From: an uncultured delta proteobacterium
GTDB taxonomy: Bacteria; Myxococcota_A; Polyangia; Fen-1088
NCBI GenBank assembly: GCA_963737265.1
Contig: CAVTRY010000011.1
Coordinates: 448,001-512,000 of the forward strand
Direction: 5' to 3'
Length of the DNA: 64,000 nucleotides
The notes beneath the pieces were generated by a model. That model made no database searches, had not been told where the DNA came from, and saw nothing but the letters and a program-made list of their open reading frames with translations. Position 1 is the stretch's first letter, and the number at the start of each line of letters is the position of its first letter. The position numbers and the translations under genes were made by a program. Positions 60,457-64,000 of the stretch are shown in pieces.

Positions 60457-61437
60457 GTGTACGCGAGCTTGATTCTGGCCACCGCTCAGGCCGCCCTGGT
60501 CACGGTTGCCCCTGGTCCGAGCGACAACTGCCCGTCTTCGGCGCAGGTGCTGGCAGCGCTCGAATCACACGCACCAGCCTTGATAGCGCCAGGCACGGAT
60601 GGCGATTCGGCCGGCCAAACGACCTTGGTGCTCTCACCCGCGTTGGCCACCGGTGAGATCACCTTCTTCCTCCTCGACGGGGCTGGCCGCGTGAAACTGA
60701 ATCGCACCTTGCCTCCTCCCGATGGAGATCGCGGGCGCGACTGCGCCGCGCTTGCCGACACCGTGGCCTTGATCGTCGACCGCTACTACAACGAGGTCGA
60801 ACTGCCTCCGCTGCCCGAGAAAAAGGCCAAGGCCGAGCCAGCGCCCGCGCCACCTTCACAAAAGCTCGCGCGCGAGCCTGAGCTCAAGCCCCAGATCGAG
60901 GCTGGAAAGTACGCGCTTTCCCTAGGTACAGGCAGACGGACGCCGGACTCCGCGACGTATCTTGGCGGAGACGAGATTAGCCTGATAGGCGGAATGGCCG
61001 TGGCTGGGTTTGGACGGCGCGGAGGGCGGCTGTGGCTCGAAACGTCCGCGGGCATCGTGGGGATTGGGATTGTGTATTGGGGCTGGCCGCAGGGGAATGT
61101 GACCGTCGTCCGCACCGCTTGGGGTCTGTCTGCTCTGCTGGCCTGGCCGGTGTGGCGCGGGCGCCTCTACGCGGGCGCGTCGACTTCCGTCGAGTACCTC
61201 TGGTTAGATGCCACGTCCAACAGCCACCTCCAGCATGAAACGCGTCTGGCTTCGTCTTCCGGCCTGCGTGCTGGCTACTTGCTCTTCTTGCGAGAACACA
61301 TCTTCGTTCGAACGGACTTGGGCGGCGACGTCGCCACTGTGCGCTATAGACTTGCAACGCAAAGCGGCTCTGGCACGCTGCTTAGCGCACCGCGGGTTTT
61401 CGCCACGGTAGCCATTGGCGTTGGAATTTCCTTCTGA
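60457..61437 (+). CDS. Secreted hypothetical protein with C-terminal beta-barrel-like region
   Basis: CPS...C.ALAD..AL motif typical of myxobacterial proteins; ends GVGISF. Confidence 0.7.
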   Translation: MYASLILATAQAALVTVAPGPSDNCPSSAQVLAALESHAPALIAPGTDGDSAGQTTLVLSPALATGEITFFLLDGAGRVKLNRTLPPPDGDRGRDCAALADTVALIVDRYYNEVELPPLPEKKAKAEPAPAPPSQKLAREPELKPQIEAGKYALSLGTGRRTPDSATYLGGDEISLIGGMAVAGFGRRGGRLWLETSAGIVGIGIVYWGWPQGNVTVVRTAWGLSALLAWPVWRGRLYAGASTSVEYLWLDATSNSHLQHETRLASSSGLRAGYLLFLREHIFVRTDLGGDVATVRYRLATQSGSGTLLSAPRVFATVAIGVGISF

Positions 61438-61488
61438 TCTGGGATGATGAAGTCTGGCCAGCACGGTCTCTAATAGATAAAGGCAACG

Positions 61489-62067
61489 ATGGGACAAAAG
61501 CAGTTCACCAAAACCCCATTGCCGATGCCAGGGGCGGCGGCTGACGCCGAGCTTGTGCGGTTGTGCAGGGAAGGAGATACGGCGGCCTGGCGCAGCCTCT
61601 ATGATCGCCACGCGCCGTCGGTTTATCGTTTCACCGCCGCGCTTGGCGTGCCGGCCGAGGAGCGCGAGGATGCGGCGCAAGACATCTTCATCGCCGTCTT
61701 CCGTAGTCTGCGCCATTTTCGCGGGGAGGCGCAGCTATCCACCTGGATCTACCGAATCGCCGCGCGCCACGCGATTCGACTTGGGCGACGGCGACGAGCG
61801 CGCGAGATGATGCGCGCGGTCATGCTGAAAGAGTCGCCCCATCCCACCATCGACCCCGCCGAACGGTCGACACAAATCGCGACCCTCGACCGAATGCTGG
61901 CCAAACTTCCCCTGAAAAAGCGAACCGTCCTCGTTCTGTTCGAGATCGAAGGGCTGTCGGCCAAAGAGATTTCCGACGTCGTTGGGTGCCCCGAGAACAC
62001 CGTCTGGTCGCGCCTTCACCATGCGCGGGCCGAGATGGTTGCGGTGGCAAGGAGAATGGTGTCATGA
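61489..62067 (+). CDS. ECF RNA polymerase sigma-70 factor
   Basis: EDAAQDIF, FRGEAQLSTWIYRIA, EGLS..EI...NTVWSRLHHAR. Confidence 0.95.
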   Translation: MGQKQFTKTPLPMPGAAADAELVRLCREGDTAAWRSLYDRHAPSVYRFTAALGVPAEEREDAAQDIFIAVFRSLRHFRGEAQLSTWIYRIAARHAIRLGRRRRAREMMRAVMLKESPHPTIDPAERSTQIATLDRMLAKLPLKKRTVLVLFEIEGLSAKEISDVVGCPENTVWSRLHHARAEMVAVARRMVS

Positions 62068-63257
62068 AGTGGCTTGAACCGCCTCGCAGCGAAGCCGAGC
62101 GCCTAGTTCGCGAGGGATTGGACCAGGCGGCGCAGCGAACCGGCGATGAAATTACCCATCGCAGGGTGTGGGCCCAGATCGGCGACACGACCGAGGCGCC
62201 ACCTTTGCGATCTTACCGCGGCCTCGTCGTCTCGGGCGCTGCGCTCGTGCTGCTCGGCATGGCCGGCGTACTCGCGTATTCCCATCTGCATGGCAAGGTT
62301 CCGGTGGCGGTCGTTGCCGGCAATCCGACGCCCCCGACGGCTCCGGACAATCCACCGATGGTGGTTGGATCGGATTCCACGTCCTCGCAGGAGGCCGCCA
62401 TTGCCGAAGCCGAACACGTGCCTGGACACTATGTGCGAACCGGTCCGGGTGAGCGAGCACGCGTAGCGCTCGGCGGCGGGGCGGAAGCGGCTCTGGACGA
62501 GAGTTCCGCGCTCACTTGGGACAGCCAGCATCGCCCTTCAATTGAACGAGGGAGCGCGCGGATGTCGGTTCCCCATCAGCCACCCGGCTGGAGATTCTCG
62601 GTCACTGCCGGGCCCTATGTCGTCACCGTGGTAGGCACGAAATTCGACGTTCGCGTGGCAAGCCGCATGGTGGGAGTCGACGTGTCCGAGGGCATCGTCG
62701 AGGTCTGGCACGGAACGCACTCGACCAGGCTGGTTGCTGGTGACTCCTGGCATGGGCCGCTCTATCCCGAGGAGTCGTTGCCAGTGCAGCCGTCGCTTGC
62801 GCCCACGCCGACGGCTGACAACTCTCCGGCCGTGACTCCGGCGCGCGGCAAGCCGTCGTTGCAAACAAGCCAGAGTCTGCTGGATGCCCAGGCCGCTCTC
62901 CAAGCCGGGAACTCTTCCAAGGCTGTCGAGATCCTCACTCGCACTGCCCAGGGCAACGGCCCGGCCGCGGAGAACGCGGCTTATGAGCTGGGACGAATCG
63001 CGCGCTACCATCTCGATCATCCGCGCCAAGCGGTTGCCCTGTGGGACAAATATCGAATCCGATTTCCGTCCGGCCTGCTGCGCACGGAGGCCGACCTGTC
63101 CATCGTCGAGACATTGAGTCACATGGGCGACGTGCGCGCCGCCCTAGCCGAAGCCGACGCCTTTGTGACGCGCCACCCGGACAGCGAACGGCGTCTCGAC
63201 GTGCAGCGACTGGCCGAACGTCTGCGCGCCGCCGAAGCCGCCGCCGATTCCAGGTGA
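62064..63257 (+). CDS. FecR-domain anti-sigma factor with C-terminal TPR
   Basis: TM segment, VTVVGTKFDV...VDVSEGIVEV FecR motif, YRIRFPSG TPR. Confidence 0.9.
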   Translation: MKWLEPPRSEAERLVREGLDQAAQRTGDEITHRRVWAQIGDTTEAPPLRSYRGLVVSGAALVLLGMAGVLAYSHLHGKVPVAVVAGNPTPPTAPDNPPMVVGSDSTSSQEAAIAEAEHVPGHYVRTGPGERARVALGGGAEAALDESSALTWDSQHRPSIERGSARMSVPHQPPGWRFSVTAGPYVVTVVGTKFDVRVASRMVGVDVSEGIVEVWHGTHSTRLVAGDSWHGPLYPEESLPVQPSLAPTPTADNSPAVTPARGKPSLQTSQSLLDAQAALQAGNSSKAVEILTRTAQGNGPAAENAAYELGRIARYHLDHPRQAVALWDKYRIRFPSGLLRTEADLSIVETLSHMGDVRAALAEADAFVTRHPDSERRLDVQRLAERLRAAEAAADSR

Positions 63258-63262
63258 GTGCC

Positions 63263-64000
63263 ATGTTTCGGCGCGCCGCTTCCCTCGGCTTGGCGTTCGC
63301 GCTTGGAGGCTGCACCGAGACGGTCTTGATTCGCGACGTATGGGACAGCGGCTCCAAGGAGGCCACTATCGATGCCACTATCGTCTCGGCGGGAATCGAT
63401 TCCGGCTCCTGTCCCATATCGACCTATCAGGGCAGTTTACCGATCCAACATACCCAGCTCTGGATCTTGCTTGATCGATCGTCCTCGATGCAGTCCTCGT
63501 TCGACACGACGACTCGGCAGGCGGCTGTGCAAACGGCCTTGAACACCACCATTCCGCAGTATGAAGGTTCAGTCGACTTCGGGTTTGAGCAGTTTCCAGC
63601 AGGCCCCAATGACGGGAGCAACTGCCCGAGCAACAGATGCTGCGCGGGATCGCCGACCCCACCCACTCCCAGCAACTGGTTCGACGTAAAAACACTCATC
63701 GAGTGCGATGGGCCGCAGAGCCCCGCGTGCGACTCTCCGAGCCAAGATTCCCCGTCGTACGCCGCGCTTGCCCAGCTGGATGACTACTTCAACAAGTCCG
63801 GTAAAATAAAGGCGACGACTGGATACATCTTGCTTGTGACGTCGTCGGATCCCTCGTGCGCCGCCGATAGCAGCAATCTATGCAGCCAGGCCCTCAATGC
63901 CGTGGAAGATCTCGCCAATTCGTTCAGCATGCGGACCTTGGTGCTCAACGTGGGCTCGCCGGCAACCAGTTCCGGTTCCTGTCTGGCTCAAATCAGCAGG
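63263..64000 (+). CDS. von Willebrand factor A domain lipoprotein, partial
   Basis: Manual translation: LGGC lipobox, ILLDRSSSM MIDAS motif, ILLVT; open at the window end. Confidence 0.8.
   Translation, partial: MFRRAASLGLAFALGGCTETVLIRDVWDSGSKEATIDATIVSAGIDSGSCPISTYQGSLPIQHTQLWILLDRSSSMQSSFDTTTRQAAVQTALNTTIPQYEGSVDFGFEQFPAGPNDGSNCPSNRCCAGSPTPPTPSNWFDVKTLIECDGPQSPACDSPSQDSPSYAALAQLDDYFNKSGKIKATTGYILLVTSSDPSCAADSSNLCSQALNAVEDLANSFSMRTLVLNVGSPATSSGSCLAQISR

Noticed and set aside
60238-61437. GxxExxY fused to the downstream secreted protein
   Set aside because: Read-through exists as assembled, but it crosses the element terminus, the downstream gene has its own plausible start at 60457, and indel errors are frequent here.
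1-64000. Numerous long antisense or alternate-frame ORFs; tRNA/rRNA genes
   Set aside because: Shadow ORFs are expected at this GC content; no tRNA or rRNA signature was recognised by eye.

Overview
GC-rich chromosomal window from a myxobacterium (Myxococcota, Polyangia-like), inferred from four Ser/Thr kinase-family genes, an FHA-GAF sigma54 activator, a MYXO-CTERM-like tail, an ECF sigma/FecR pair and Cys-rich lipoproteins. It contains core genes (polA, yicC, gmk, rel/spoT, tmk, DEAD-box helicase, acyl-CoA ligase, gmd/fcl, cstA) and a 28-bp dif-like site at 34216-34243, which probably marks the replication terminus. Right of dif lies an accessory region (about 39.5-54.6 kb). It holds a LysM/peptidoglycan-binding carrier plus putative muramidase pair, a complete IS3 element inserted in a secreted Cys-rich gene, a kinase module, a PaeR7I/XhoI-type restriction-modification pair and an MNT-HEPN toxin-antitoxin pair. 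The most striking unannotated structure is a 578-bp transposase-free mini-element (59827-60404). It has 23-bp terminal inverted repeats and a perfect 9-bp flanking direct repeat, and it carries only a GxxExxY nuclease-fold gene that is itself bracketed by a second, inner inverted repeat. Other notable items are a CstA-YbdD(RCC) fusion, a 55-aa basic ORF after rel, and a Tat-exported DUF362 protein with a surface anchor. At least seven genes carry small frameshifts, many probably assembly indel errors. All family calls are by eye from motifs; no searches were run.
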